DNA of 64,000 nucleotides, taken from NCBI GenBank assembly GCA_947502975.1, contig CANNBV010000002.1, forward strand, positions 685,251 to 749,250, in the 5' to 3' direction. Positions 16,247 to 26,436 of this stretch are shown here, in pieces. Source of the stretch: an uncultured Flavobacteriaceae bacterium (GTDB lineage Bacteria > Bacteroidota > Bacteroidia > Flavobacteriales > Flavobacteriaceae). A model generated the notes under the pieces. It was given only the letters and a program-made list of their open reading frames with translations. It did no database searches and was not told the origin of the DNA. Made by a program: the position numbers and the translations under genes. Positions within the stretch are counted from its first letter, which is position 1, and every line of letters begins with the position of its first letter.

Positions 16247-19200
16247 ATGAATCTTAAATATAGTATTTCAATTCTTGTATTTTGTCTTACAATACACGTC
16301 TTTTCACAGCAATCCGCAGTATATACAAATAGTTTAGCAGATTATCAAAAGGCGCTAAGTTTGTATAATAATCAGCAATATTTAGCGGCGCAGTCATTGT
16401 TTTCTCAAATCAAAAAATCTACAGAAAAAGAAGGTTTAAAAGGAGAATGTACGTATTATATAGCTAATTGTGCTGTAAGATTAAATCAGCAAAATGCAGA
16501 TCAATTGATTAATAATTTTGTAGATGAATACCCTACAAGTACAAAACGTAATACCGCTTTTGTTGATGTGGCAGATTACTATTTTACCAATGGAAAATAT
16601 GCATACGCCAGAAAATGGTACCAACGTGTTGATGAAGGTGCTTTATCTAGAAAAGAGCGAGAAAAATTCTATTTTAATAATGGATATACCGCCTTTGTAA
16701 CCAAACAACATAGTGATGCTAAGAAATATTTAGGTAGAGTTGAAAACTCACAAAAATATGGTTCGCAAGCCAAATATTACATAGGCTTTATGGCTTATGA
16801 AGGTGATGATTACGATAGAGCCAATGAATATTTTGAACAAGTAGAAGATCAAGAACGTTACAAAGAAAAACTGTCTTATTATCAAGCGGATTTAAATTTC
16901 AAACTAGGGAAATTTGAAAAGGCGATTGAGTTGGCGAAAGCTAGATTAGATTCTAGCGATGATGATGAGGTTTCTGAACTCTCAAAAATCATTGGTGAGA
17001 GCTATTTCAATTTAGAACAATATGCTGAAGCCATTCCTTATTTGCAAGCTTATAAAGGGAAAAAGGGAAAAAGAGATAGAACAGGTAAATGGAATAACAC
17101 AGATTTTTATCAATTAGGATATGCACATTATAAGCAAGGTGATTATGAGAATGCTATTTCAGAATTTAATAAGATAATTGGTGGGAATAATAGTATTGCA
17201 CAAAATGCCTATTATCATCTTGGAGAAAGTTACATCAATTTAGATAAAAAACAGGAAGCCTTAAATGCCTTTAGAAATGCATCTCAAATGGATTACGATG
17301 TAAAAATTCAAGAGGATGCTTGGTTAAATTATGCGAAGATTAGTTACGAAATAGGTAATCCGTACCAATCGGTACCACAAGTTTTGGCAGGATATTTAAA
17401 TAAATACCCGAAAACTCAATATAAAGAGGAGATTGAAACACTTTTAATCGACTCTTACATTACCTCAAAAAACTATGAAGAAGCACTTAATCTTTTAGAA
17501 AAGAAAAAGAGTTTTGAAAATAAAAAAGCATATCAAAAAGTAGCATTTTACAGAGGCTTAGAATTATATAATGAAAACCAATATTTAGAAGCTGAAAACC
17601 TTTTCGATAAATCTTTAAAGGAATCTTTGGATGAAACCTTCACAGCTAGAGCAACGTTTTGGAAAGCCGAAGCAGATTACAACCTGACGAATTATGAAGA
17701 TGCTTTAATAGGTTTTAAACAGTTTATGCAGCTATCTACAGGAATGGATGTACCAGAGCAAAATAACATTGATTATAATTTAGCGTATACCTATTTTAAA
17801 TTGAAAAATTATAATCAGGCATCTAACTATTTCAATCAATTTATTTCGAAACAAAGTGATGACAAAGTTCGGATGAATGATGCCTATTTGCGTTTAGGTG
17901 ATGGGCATTTTGTATCGAGTAAATACGACCAAGCGATTAATGCTTATGGAAAAGCCATTAAAATGAATGAAGTTGAGTCTGACTATGCATTTTTCCAAAA
18001 AGCGATAAGCACAGGTTACGCTGGAAATCCTTCAAAAAAGATAAAAGAATTAGAAACATTTATTGGAGAATACCCAAAATCCAAACTGCGTGATGATGCC
18101 TTGTATGAATTAGGGAATTCTTATGTAAAAGCCAACCAAACAGATAAGGCAATGGCGCGATATGACAAGCTAAATTCAGAATATAAAATGAGTTCGTTTG
18201 TTCCAAAATCCTTATTACGTCAAGGTTTAATTCATTATAATGCTAGTGAAAATGAAGCCGCTTTGAGCAAATTTAAAACCGTAGCTAGAGACTTTCCTGG
18301 AACTCCAGAAGCAGTTCAAGCTGTATCTACGGCAAGATTGATTTACATTGATTTGGGACGTGTAAATGAGTACGCTGCTTGGGTAAAACAATTGGATTAT
18401 GTTGAAGTAACTGATGCCGATTTAGACAATACTTCATATGCAGCAGCGGAAAAACAATATTTAGAAGGGAATACTGATGCAGCCATAAAACAGTTTAATC
18501 GTTATTTAAATAGTTTTCCTAATGGTATACATAGTTTACAATCCCATTTCTATTTAGGACAGTTGTACTATAAGAAAGATTTAATTGCTAATGCAGCGCC
18601 TCACTACAAATTTGTAGTTGAAGCATCACAAAGTGAGTTTACTGAGGAGGCGCTATCAAGATTATCACAATACCACTTAGAAAATAAGAGTTGGAACGAA
18701 GCGATTCCACTACTAAAACGATTAGAAGTAGAAGCTAATTTTCCTCAGAATGTCGTATTTGCACAGTCTAACCTAATGAAAGCAAATTATCAGTTAGAGG
18801 ACTATAAGGATGCTGTAGCCTATGCAGAAAAAGTGTTGAAAAGTTCTAAGATTGATAATAAAATTAAAAGTGATGCACATATTATTATTGCACGTTCTGC
18901 AATACATACAGGTGATGAAGTTAAAGCAAAAGCAGCCTATAAAAATGTACAAAAAGTAGCAACAGGAAAAACAGCCGCTGAAGCTTTATATTATGATGCG
19001 TATTTCAAGAATAAAGAAGGCAAGTATAAAGCTTCTAATGCAGCAGCTCAAAAGCTAGCAAAAGACTATTCAGGTTACAAATATTACGGAGCGAAAGGAT
19101 TAGTAGTGATGGCGAAAAACTTTTATGCTCTAGATGATGCATATCAAGCCACTTATATTTTGGAAAGTGTTATTGAAAACTTTAGTCAGTTTGATGATGT

Positions 19201-19282
19201 GGTTGAAGAAGCTAAAACCGAATTAAAAAGTATAAAACGTGAAGAGGCAAAAACAAATTCGTCAATTGTGCCACAAGATTAA
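16247..19282 (+). CDS. Large secreted tetratricopeptide-repeat protein
   Basis: 1011 aa with a signal peptide and many TPR-like units (repeating Y..A...F pattern: YYIANCAVRL, YYHLGESYINL, LYELGNSYVKA). Confidence 0.8.
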   Translation: MNLKYSISILVFCLTIHVFSQQSAVYTNSLADYQKALSLYNNQQYLAAQSLFSQIKKSTEKEGLKGECTYYIANCAVRLNQQNADQLINNFVDEYPTSTKRNTAFVDVADYYFTNGKYAYARKWYQRVDEGALSRKEREKFYFNNGYTAFVTKQHSDAKKYLGRVENSQKYGSQAKYYIGFMAYEGDDYDRANEYFEQVEDQERYKEKLSYYQADLNFKLGKFEKAIELAKARLDSSDDDEVSELSKIIGESYFNLEQYAEAIPYLQAYKGKKGKRDRTGKWNNTDFYQLGYAHYKQGDYENAISEFNKIIGGNNSIAQNAYYHLGESYINLDKKQEALNAFRNASQMDYDVKIQEDAWLNYAKISYEIGNPYQSVPQVLAGYLNKYPKTQYKEEIETLLIDSYITSKNYEEALNLLEKKKSFENKKAYQKVAFYRGLELYNENQYLEAENLFDKSLKESLDETFTARATFWKAEADYNLTNYEDALIGFKQFMQLSTGMDVPEQNNIDYNLAYTYFKLKNYNQASNYFNQFISKQSDDKVRMNDAYLRLGDGHFVSSKYDQAINAYGKAIKMNEVESDYAFFQKAISTGYAGNPSKKIKELETFIGEYPKSKLRDDALYELGNSYVKANQTDKAMARYDKLNSEYKMSSFVPKSLLRQGLIHYNASENEAALSKFKTVARDFPGTPEAVQAVSTARLIYIDLGRVNEYAAWVKQLDYVEVTDADLDNTSYAAAEKQYLEGNTDAAIKQFNRYLNSFPNGIHSLQSHFYLGQLYYKKDLIANAAPHYKFVVEASQSEFTEEALSRLSQYHLENKSWNEAIPLLKRLEVEANFPQNVVFAQSNLMKANYQLEDYKDAVAYAEKVLKSSKIDNKIKSDAHIIIARSAIHTGDEVKAKAAYKNVQKVATGKTAAEALYYDAYFKNKEGKYKASNAAAQKLAKDYSGYKYYGAKGLVVMAKNFYALDDAYQATYILESVIENFSQFDDVVEEAKTELKSIKREEAKTNSSIVPQD

Positions 19283-19303
19283 TTTTCATCAATTTTAAAT
19301 CTG

Positions 19304-19323
19304 CCCTGAGCATAGTCTAAGGG
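19304..19323. repeat. Short GC-rich hairpin (CCCTGAG-CATAGT-CTAAGGG)
   Basis: Imperfect 7-bp stem in the 57-nt gap between the TPR and beta-barrel genes. Same style as the other REP-like hairpins here. Confidence 0.4.
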
Positions 19324-19339
19324 TCAAAAATCAAAACTT

Positions 19340-21070
19340 ATGCGAAAGCAAATCAAACATATCTTTTTATTAGTAATCTTATTGAGTATCTCTTTCTCAT
19401 TCGCTCAAAAGAAAAAGAATGATACCATAAATACAGGCGTGATAGATGTTGTAAAACCATATACGCCATCAATTTCTGATGCATTTAAAGTAAAGGAAAT
19501 ACCATCTACCGAGGATGACAAAGCTATTCAGAAAAAGGAAATTAAGTACAATATTTTTTCGTTCCCTGTAGCTTCCACATTCACCCCTGCTAAAGGAAAA
19601 GCAGCAACTGTTGAAAAAGCAAAACCTGTAAAATTATTTGATAACTACGCAACTTTGGGAGTGGGAACTTATACCACATTTTTAGGCGAAGTCTATTTAA
19701 ATCATGCGATTAGTAGAACTGAAAGTGTAGGCGGCTATTTTAGTCATCATTCCTCTGGAGGAGGCATTGAAGGGGTGCAGTTTGATGATAATTTTTCAAA
19801 TACAAAGTTAAATGCTAACTATTCATCTCAATTAAGGGATTTAGCGTGGACCGTTGAAGCAGGATTTCAAAATCAAATATACAATTGGTATGGTGTTCCA
19901 GAATCTCAAATTACGCAAGCACAGACTGATGCGATTGACGTAAGGCATGCATTTACAAATGCATATTTTGGCGGAGATATTGCTTTTGAAGACACCTATA
20001 TTAATTCTGGGAGTTTCTTTTTTAGACGTTTTGATGATAACCAAGGTTCAGGAGAAAATCGATTTGTAGCAAAAGCAACTATTGATATTCCTGTAAATGG
20101 CGAAGAAGTATCAACAGATTTTAAATTCGATTATTTGGGTGGCACATTCGATAGAAATTACGTTACAACAAATGAACTTAAATATGGGAATTTCATCGTT
20201 GGTGTATCACCTTCTTATCAATTAAAACAAGATGATTTAACAGTAAATCTTGGGGCTTCTATCAACTATTTAAATGATAGAGAAACAGGTGACAATACAC
20301 TATACATATATCCAAATGTTACTGCAACATACAGATTAGTTAATGATGTATTGATAGCCTTTGGAGGTATTGAAGGCGGATTAATTCAAAACTCATACCA
20401 TGGATTTGCTTCAGAAAACCCATTTGTGTCACCAACGCTTTCTGTAATGCCAACTGATCAGCAATATAATGCTTACGTTGGCCTAAAAGGAAAGTTATCA
20501 AGTAATATGAGTTATAGTGTTAATGGATCGTATAAAGCAGATAGAAATAGAGCATTATTTAGAAATAATGATATAACCTTAATGGCAGATCAACCTTATT
20601 CTTACGGTAATTCTTATGGTATCGTTTATGACGATATAAATACGTTTGGTGTAGCTGGTGAATTGAATGTAGACGTCAACAGAAACTTTAAATTGGGTAT
20701 AAAAGCTGAATATTTTACATATAATACAGATGGTGAAGCTGAAACTTGGAACTTACCAGATATTGTAGGCTCTCTATTTTTAGATTACCAAATTAATGAG
20801 CACTGGTTTGCAGGGGCAAATTTAATTCACACAGGTGAACGAAAAGATCAATTCTTTTTAAACGATGGTGTAACTGTTACTACGCCTTTTACGGTAACCT
20901 TAGATAGCTTTTTTGATGCTAATGCACATTTAGGCTACCACATAAACGATCAAATTTCTGTGTTTGCTAAAGCGAATAACATTGCAAATAACGAATACCA
21001 ACGTTGGCAAAATTTTCCAGTACAGGGCATTCAGTTTTTAGCTGGTGCTACTTTTAAGTTTGATTTTTGA
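19340..21070 (+). CDS. Outer-membrane beta-barrel protein (plug-less, TonB-dependent-receptor-like barrel)
   Basis: 576 aa with a signal peptide, alternating beta-strand pattern and a C-terminal aromatic residue (KFDF), typical of an OMP. Confidence 0.6.
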   Translation: MRKQIKHIFLLVILLSISFSFAQKKKNDTINTGVIDVVKPYTPSISDAFKVKEIPSTEDDKAIQKKEIKYNIFSFPVASTFTPAKGKAATVEKAKPVKLFDNYATLGVGTYTTFLGEVYLNHAISRTESVGGYFSHHSSGGGIEGVQFDDNFSNTKLNANYSSQLRDLAWTVEAGFQNQIYNWYGVPESQITQAQTDAIDVRHAFTNAYFGGDIAFEDTYINSGSFFFRRFDDNQGSGENRFVAKATIDIPVNGEEVSTDFKFDYLGGTFDRNYVTTNELKYGNFIVGVSPSYQLKQDDLTVNLGASINYLNDRETGDNTLYIYPNVTATYRLVNDVLIAFGGIEGGLIQNSYHGFASENPFVSPTLSVMPTDQQYNAYVGLKGKLSSNMSYSVNGSYKADRNRALFRNNDITLMADQPYSYGNSYGIVYDDINTFGVAGELNVDVNRNFKLGIKAEYFTYNTDGEAETWNLPDIVGSLFLDYQINEHWFAGANLIHTGERKDQFFLNDGVTVTTPFTVTLDSFFDANAHLGYHINDQISVFAKANNIANNEYQRWQNFPVQGIQFLAGATFKFDF

Positions 21071-21810
21071 TGAAACCTTTTACCCTTTTATTTCTCTTAG
21101 CTCTTTGTTTTTGTTGTTCTGTAAGAAAGAATAACAAGAAAGTAGTTTTTACTTGTGAGGAGGGGATAAAAGACGCGATTATCAATGTTCAGAAAGGAGA
21201 ATATTTACTTATATCCTATGGATTAACTATGAGTTTTTCTATTCCAGAATATTCAGATTATGGTTATGGAGATTTCAAAGAAAAATTTATTTATGATAAA
21301 TATGGTATTAAATATGAAAATGGAGGTTGTGTAATTACTAAGTATGGTGATTGTTTTCGAGAAAAAACAGAGGAATTGCTTTTTAAAAAATATGGGAATA
21401 ATATTTTAGTTAGGGCTGAAAAAGAAGCTATAAATCGTTTTAAGAAAACAAAAAAGTATGAAGAAAATTTAAAAAAGAGAATTGAATCTGATCATGTTTT
21501 TCCATCTGTTATTCTACATAGCAAAGCAAAATTTATAGGAGGAGAAAAAGAATTAGAAAAATATTTAGGAAGAAGTACTAATATTTATGAATTTGATTGG
21601 GATAAAGAATATATAGATGTTGATTTTATTGTGGAAAAAAATGGAAATATTTCAGATATTAAAATAACATCTTCAATAAAGAGTAAAGAATTAGATAGTG
21701 GTCTAAAAGATGAGATTTTTGAGCTAATTCAGGGAATGCCATTGTGGGAACCCGCAATTTATTTTAATGAAACAGTTAGGGTCTCAGAGTCGATTAATAT
21801 AGTTATTTAA
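21067..21810 (+). CDS. Lipoprotein with a TonB-C-terminal-like domain
   Basis: 247 aa with a signal peptide plus Cys cluster and a K/E-rich linker. The C-terminal roughly 90 aa (AKFIGGEKELEKYL...VDFIVEKNGNISDIKI) resemble TonB_C folds. The start overlaps the upstream stop (ATGA). Confidence 0.4.
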   Translation: MMKPFTLLFLLALCFCCSVRKNNKKVVFTCEEGIKDAIINVQKGEYLLISYGLTMSFSIPEYSDYGYGDFKEKFIYDKYGIKYENGGCVITKYGDCFREKTEELLFKKYGNNILVRAEKEAINRFKKTKKYEENLKKRIESDHVFPSVILHSKAKFIGGEKELEKYLGRSTNIYEFDWDKEYIDVDFIVEKNGNISDIKITSSIKSKELDSGLKDEIFELIQGMPLWEPAIYFNETVRVSESINIVI

Positions 21811-21913
21811 TCTTCTTTAATCTCGACAAATAATCAAAATGCTTGTCCTCTAAAACTTAATCCTATTGATTTACAAACTAGTTTAAGGGACAAAATTAAG
21901 ACAATGATGAGTT

Positions 21914-22807
21914 TTATGGCTTTTTACCTTCCCAGTCTGATATTTTTTGATCAATTCTATACATCCAATCGCTGCTTTCAGAACTAGTTGGCGTTTTTTT
22001 CTTAGCCAATTTGAGAACTTCAATGGCTTCTTTTTTATTTCCATTAGCGTATAGAACTTTAGCTTTTAAAAACAGAACATCGTAGCGATCTATGCCATTA
22101 TCAATTGCTTTCTGAATGTACTCTAAGGCTTTTTTATAGTCTTGCTCTTCCAAGAAAAGATATTCACTAACTAAATAATATCTATAGCCTAAACTCTGTT
22201 TATTTACGCCTAGAGAGAATTCATAGATATTATGTATACTTTTTCTATGAGTATTACCAATTGTAATAGGGAGTCTGGTACGTATATTTTCCCATTGAAA
22301 ACAAAGTTCGCCTTGATTCATAGATGTGTTCATGAATCCTATGGTAAAAGTTTCTGTAAATTCTGGTGATTTTTCTACAGGAACAGTAAATTCATAAACG
22401 TTAAGTTCAGATTTATAAGAATATTGTCCCCAACCCTTAGTATCAGAGTTTAGCAAAATCTTCCATTCATTTTTAGTTGGAATAGCATAAAGCGCATATT
22501 TCCCTTTGGGAATTGTGTCATTAAAAATTACGAACTCATTCTGAAAATCAATAATGGTTTGGTAGTCAGCTCCTAATCTCCATACTTCTCCATATTTCAG
22601 AAGTCCACCAAAAATTTTTCTATTTCTAACATTGGGTCTGCTATAATTAACTTTGATGAATCCAATTCCAATTTTTTGAGATACTTCTGCTCTTTGACTT
22701 GATGTAGGTTTATTTATATTAAATTGATCGTCTTTCATTGGATCAATTTGAGCAATTGATTTAGTTGCAAAGATTGAAAAAACCAGTATGCAAATTATTC
22801 TATTCAT
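21914..22807 (-). CDS. DUF2911 domain protein with C-terminal TPR
   Basis: 297 aa with a signal peptide. SQRAEVSQKIG...VNYSRPNVRNRKIFGGLLKYGEVWRLGAD...GKYALYAIP matches the DUF2911 pattern. Confidence 0.6.
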   Translation of the reverse strand: MNRIICILVFSIFATKSIAQIDPMKDDQFNINKPTSSQRAEVSQKIGIGFIKVNYSRPNVRNRKIFGGLLKYGEVWRLGADYQTIIDFQNEFVIFNDTIPKGKYALYAIPTKNEWKILLNSDTKGWGQYSYKSELNVYEFTVPVEKSPEFTETFTIGFMNTSMNQGELCFQWENIRTRLPITIGNTHRKSIHNIYEFSLGVNKQSLGYRYYLVSEYLFLEEQDYKKALEYIQKAIDNGIDRYDVLFLKAKVLYANGNKKEAIEVLKLAKKKTPTSSESSDWMYRIDQKISDWEGKKP

Positions 22808-23022
22808 AATCGTTAATTATGGTGTTATATATAAACTGTATTGTAAATTTAAAAAAATCAAGTTTAGTGTATTTGTTTAATAGAGAGCAGTTTATAGCAT
22901 TAAATTCGTTGAGTAATCAAAGAGTTCTCCTTTCTAAATCCGATGAAAAGCATGAAAATTACTGTTAAAATTTAAGGTTTCATAATTTAATTTTTATAAT
23001 TTAATAGATTAATTATAATGTT

Positions 23023-25515
23023 ATGAAATTTTTGAAGACTTTAGTTCTAGTAGCCCTTTTGTGTTCCTTCACTATTAGTTCTGGAATATTAGATAATACT
23101 TTATCTCACCTTAAAGTCTATGAAAATGAAAACTTTCCAGAAAAAACGTTTATTCATACTGATAAACCATATTATACTACCGGCGAAACCATTTGGTTGA
23201 AGAGCTATCTGGTAAATGGTATAGACCATACTATTATTAAAAAAAGTAAAGTCTTATATGTTGAATTAATTAACCCTAATGACAGTATTGTCTTTAAAGA
23301 AAAATTTTTTGTTCCCAGTCTTGATTTTGGTGTTGCTGGTAATATAGATATCAGCGATAATTGGGAATCAGGCGATTATCAATTAAGGGCGTACACTAAT
23401 TACATGCGTAATAGTGATTCCAAATATTTTTTTAGAAAGCTTATTACAATTGAAAAACTTAAGGAAATCAGTAAAGATAAAGTTGATACTGAAGTAAACA
23501 TAGCATCTGTTTCTGATAGCCTCATTGGTTTAGAGTCTGTCGATATAGACTATGATATTACCAAACAAGAAGGTTTATCAATTAAATTTTATCCTGAAGG
23601 TGGAACTATTGTTGCTAATGAAAATAATCTTTTTGGGATAAAAGCAGAGGGTAAAAAAGGGAATGGTATTAAGATTCAAGGCATTATTACTGAGAAATGG
23701 TCGGATGAGATTTTATATTCCTTTAAAACCTTTGATTTTGGATTGGGGAAGGTGTCACTTAATTTAAAACCCAATATTCCCTATGTTGCCAAAGTTAGCA
23801 TTAATGGTAAGGTGTTTTCTTATGATTTACCCGTGGCATCAAATACCGCTGTTAATCTTCAAGTAAAAAAGGATAATTCTAATATAACGTTATCTGTTAA
23901 TTCTAATAATATAGATATTGATAATTATTTTATAATAGGACATACAAGGGGAAAAGTTTTCTATTCTAAAGAAATCAAGGGTATATCTAAAGATAAATAT
24001 AGTGTACAATTAATGACTGGGGATTTAGAAAATGGTGTTTCTCATTTCACCTTATTTAATAAAGAGGGAAGACCAGAATGCGAAAGATTAATTTTCATTG
24101 ATAATACTATAAATAGTCCAAAGACAGAAATAAAATTAAATAAAGATCAATTCGAGAAAAGAGAACAAATCAATATTGCGATTAATTCATTTATTGCAGA
24201 AAAAGAAGTCCAAAATGCAAATGTTTCATTAGCTGTGACAAGAAAAGATATTGTGCCACTTTCATACCAAGAACATATAAAAAGTTGGTTATTATTAAAC
24301 TCCGATTTAAAAGGAGAAATTTCTAACGCCATGTTTTTCTTTGATGAGAAAAAACCGAAAAAAATGCGTGAATTTTTACTTGAATCGTTAATGTTAACTC
24401 ATGGGTGGAGAAGATTTAATTGGAGAAATACAACTAATCATTTGGTAGAAAACACAAGATATGAAGCCGAAAAGGGTATTTATATAAGAGGGAGAGTTTG
24501 GTCTAAAAATAGTAAAGTGGCAGCACCATCTATCGCTACTAAATTAGTTTTTATGGGGAGTGAAGTATATAGTGAGGCACAAAATACTGGTAGAGATGGG
24601 AGGTTTTCATACGGGCCTTATACTATTCTAGATACCGTAGATGCTATTCTAGAAGCTAGAATACCTAATATTAAGAATGAAAGGCAAAGTAAAAATCTTT
24701 TTATTTCATTTGATGACGATGAAATATCAAGTCCAAATATTGATAGTATAAGCACTATTAAAAAAACATATGCTGTTTCGTCTTTTTTTGAAGACTACAA
24801 AAGGGAGCAAGAATATATTAACCAGATTAATTTCTCTTTTGATAAAGTGAATAAACTAGATGAGGTTTTAATTATAAAAGAACGCGATCTTCAAAACGAA
24901 AAATTTCAAAAAAGAGTAGAAGAGTTTTTTGATTATAGCTTTCCAACTTACCGTATTCCTATAGACCCTTTAGATGCATTGACTAACAATTCTACTTTTG
25001 AACTGTTAACATCAACTCCGAGAATTAAATTTCAAGCAGTTTGGTTAGATGGAAATCTAATTTGGAATGAACAAATGGATCCTGTAATTTTAATGGAGAG
25101 ACTCTCAGCTATTCCTGCAAGTAGTATAGCATTTATCGATTGGCTAAGGGGGGCAGATGTTGGCACACTTAGTGGGGCTAGAGGGTATAGTTCTGTTGTT
25201 GCTCTCTATACGCATAAAGATGATTATCAAACTAATATACCTAAACCTGGGATTAAAGAATTTTTTACCTCTCCTTTTTACAAAGCGAAGGAATTTTACT
25301 CCCCAAACTATGATAAAGATCCTGAAGAACTAATTATGCCAGATTATCGTACAACACTTTATTGGAACCCGAATATAAACATAGGTATAGATAAAAAACA
25401 TCATGAGGTGTTTTACGCTAATGATCAACCAGGGATATATCAAATTGAAGTTCAGGGAATCACTGGTGACGGCAAATTAATTTACGCTACAGAGGAATTT
25501 GAAATTATTGAGTAA
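23023..25515 (+). CDS. Large secreted protein, N-terminal alpha-2-macroglobulin MG2-like domain; function unknown
   Basis: 830 aa with a signal peptide. FIHTDKPYYTTGETIWLKSYLV is the characteristic start of MG2-type Ig-like domains. The rest is unassigned. Confidence 0.5.
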   Translation: MKFLKTLVLVALLCSFTISSGILDNTLSHLKVYENENFPEKTFIHTDKPYYTTGETIWLKSYLVNGIDHTIIKKSKVLYVELINPNDSIVFKEKFFVPSLDFGVAGNIDISDNWESGDYQLRAYTNYMRNSDSKYFFRKLITIEKLKEISKDKVDTEVNIASVSDSLIGLESVDIDYDITKQEGLSIKFYPEGGTIVANENNLFGIKAEGKKGNGIKIQGIITEKWSDEILYSFKTFDFGLGKVSLNLKPNIPYVAKVSINGKVFSYDLPVASNTAVNLQVKKDNSNITLSVNSNNIDIDNYFIIGHTRGKVFYSKEIKGISKDKYSVQLMTGDLENGVSHFTLFNKEGRPECERLIFIDNTINSPKTEIKLNKDQFEKREQINIAINSFIAEKEVQNANVSLAVTRKDIVPLSYQEHIKSWLLLNSDLKGEISNAMFFFDEKKPKKMREFLLESLMLTHGWRRFNWRNTTNHLVENTRYEAEKGIYIRGRVWSKNSKVAAPSIATKLVFMGSEVYSEAQNTGRDGRFSYGPYTILDTVDAILEARIPNIKNERQSKNLFISFDDDEISSPNIDSISTIKKTYAVSSFFEDYKREQEYINQINFSFDKVNKLDEVLIIKERDLQNEKFQKRVEEFFDYSFPTYRIPIDPLDALTNNSTFELLTSTPRIKFQAVWLDGNLIWNEQMDPVILMERLSAIPASSIAFIDWLRGADVGTLSGARGYSSVVALYTHKDDYQTNIPKPGIKEFFTSPFYKAKEFYSPNYDKDPEELIMPDYRTTLYWNPNINIGIDKKHHEVFYANDQPGIYQIEVQGITGDGKLIYATEEFEIIE

Positions 25516-25552
25516 ACCCATTTATAATTCTTTTTCTTACTCAAAACTAAAC

Positions 25553-26248
25553 CTAATACAACCTTGCCAAATAATCAAAATGTTCACCTTGTAAAACTAA
25601 CTCACATTTTAATCCAACAGTTTTACAAGCTAGTTTTAGAGTATTAAAATCTAAATATAACCATTTCATAGGTACTTCTTTTTCACCTTTATAACTGATA
25701 AAATAATCGAGTTCGCCATAATAACCGGCGTTAGTATCCATCCAAAAACCACCATCTTGATCTTCGTACATGTATTTTATATCAGAAGAATCAATAAGAA
25801 TTTGTCCATTAGGATTTAATAGAGATTTTAAATGCTTTAGGTGTTTTGAAACCTGAATAAGTTCTTGAAAAATACCAGTACCATTCATCAATAATAAAAT
25901 GGTGTCAAACCTTTCAGTTTCATCAAGAATATCCAAAACTTCAGCATATTTAACACCTCTTGTTTTAGCAACTTCAATGGCACCTTTTGAAATATCAATA
26001 GCTTTAACATCACATCCTTTGTTTTGCAAATACACACTATGACTACCAGAGCCACAGCCCACATCTAAAACGTTCCCTTTAGCCAACTGCAATGCTTTTT
26101 GTTCCAGATGAGGCATTTCAGAAAAAGATCTAAATAGATAGGGTAGTGGCAATACATCTTCAGAAGAAATATTTGTTGAAGTAATAATATCTTCTGTGTA
26201 ATTTCCAGTTTGATAATCTAGCAATGCTTTTCCAAAAATATCTTTCAT
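25553..26248 (-). CDS. Class I SAM-dependent methyltransferase
   Basis: 231 aa with motif I VLDVGCGSGSHS and the acidic motif II DIS. Confidence 0.8.
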   Translation of the reverse strand: MKDIFGKALLDYQTGNYTEDIITSTNISSEDVLPLPYLFRSFSEMPHLEQKALQLAKGNVLDVGCGSGSHSVYLQNKGCDVKAIDISKGAIEVAKTRGVKYAEVLDILDETERFDTILLLMNGTGIFQELIQVSKHLKHLKSLLNPNGQILIDSSDIKYMYEDQDGGFWMDTNAGYYGELDYFISYKGEKEVPMKWLYLDFNTLKLACKTVGLKCELVLQGEHFDYLARLY

Positions 26249-26256
26249 TATTTGTC

Positions 26257-26277
26257 ATGCTGAACTCATTTCAGCAT
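26257..26277. repeat. Short hairpin repeat (GTCATGCTGAACTCATTTCAGCATC type)
   Basis: ATGCTGAA-CTCAT-TTCAGCAT, an 8-bp stem 9 nt upstream of the methyltransferase start. Confidence 0.6.
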
Positions 26278-26294
26278 CTCATTAGTTAAGTTTC

Positions 26295-26402
26295 TGTCAG
26301 TTCGAGTGATTTCATTTTTATGAAATTGTATCGAGAACTATTTACTATTAGTCTGTTAAAGCTTCTCGATATAAAATTCTTGCAGAATTTCACTCGAAGT
26401 GA
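26295..26402. repeat. Hairpin repeat family A, inverted pair
   Basis: TGTCAGTTCGAGTG-(ATTTCAT TTTT ATGAAAT)-TGTATCGAGAAC, then 22 nt, then CTTCTCGATAT-(AAATTCT TGC AGAATTT)-CACTCGAAGTGA. Each unit has conserved arms around a variable hairpin. Confidence 0.65.
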
Positions 26403-26436
26403 TACATTTCTGGTTGTTAAATACTAATTTTACACC

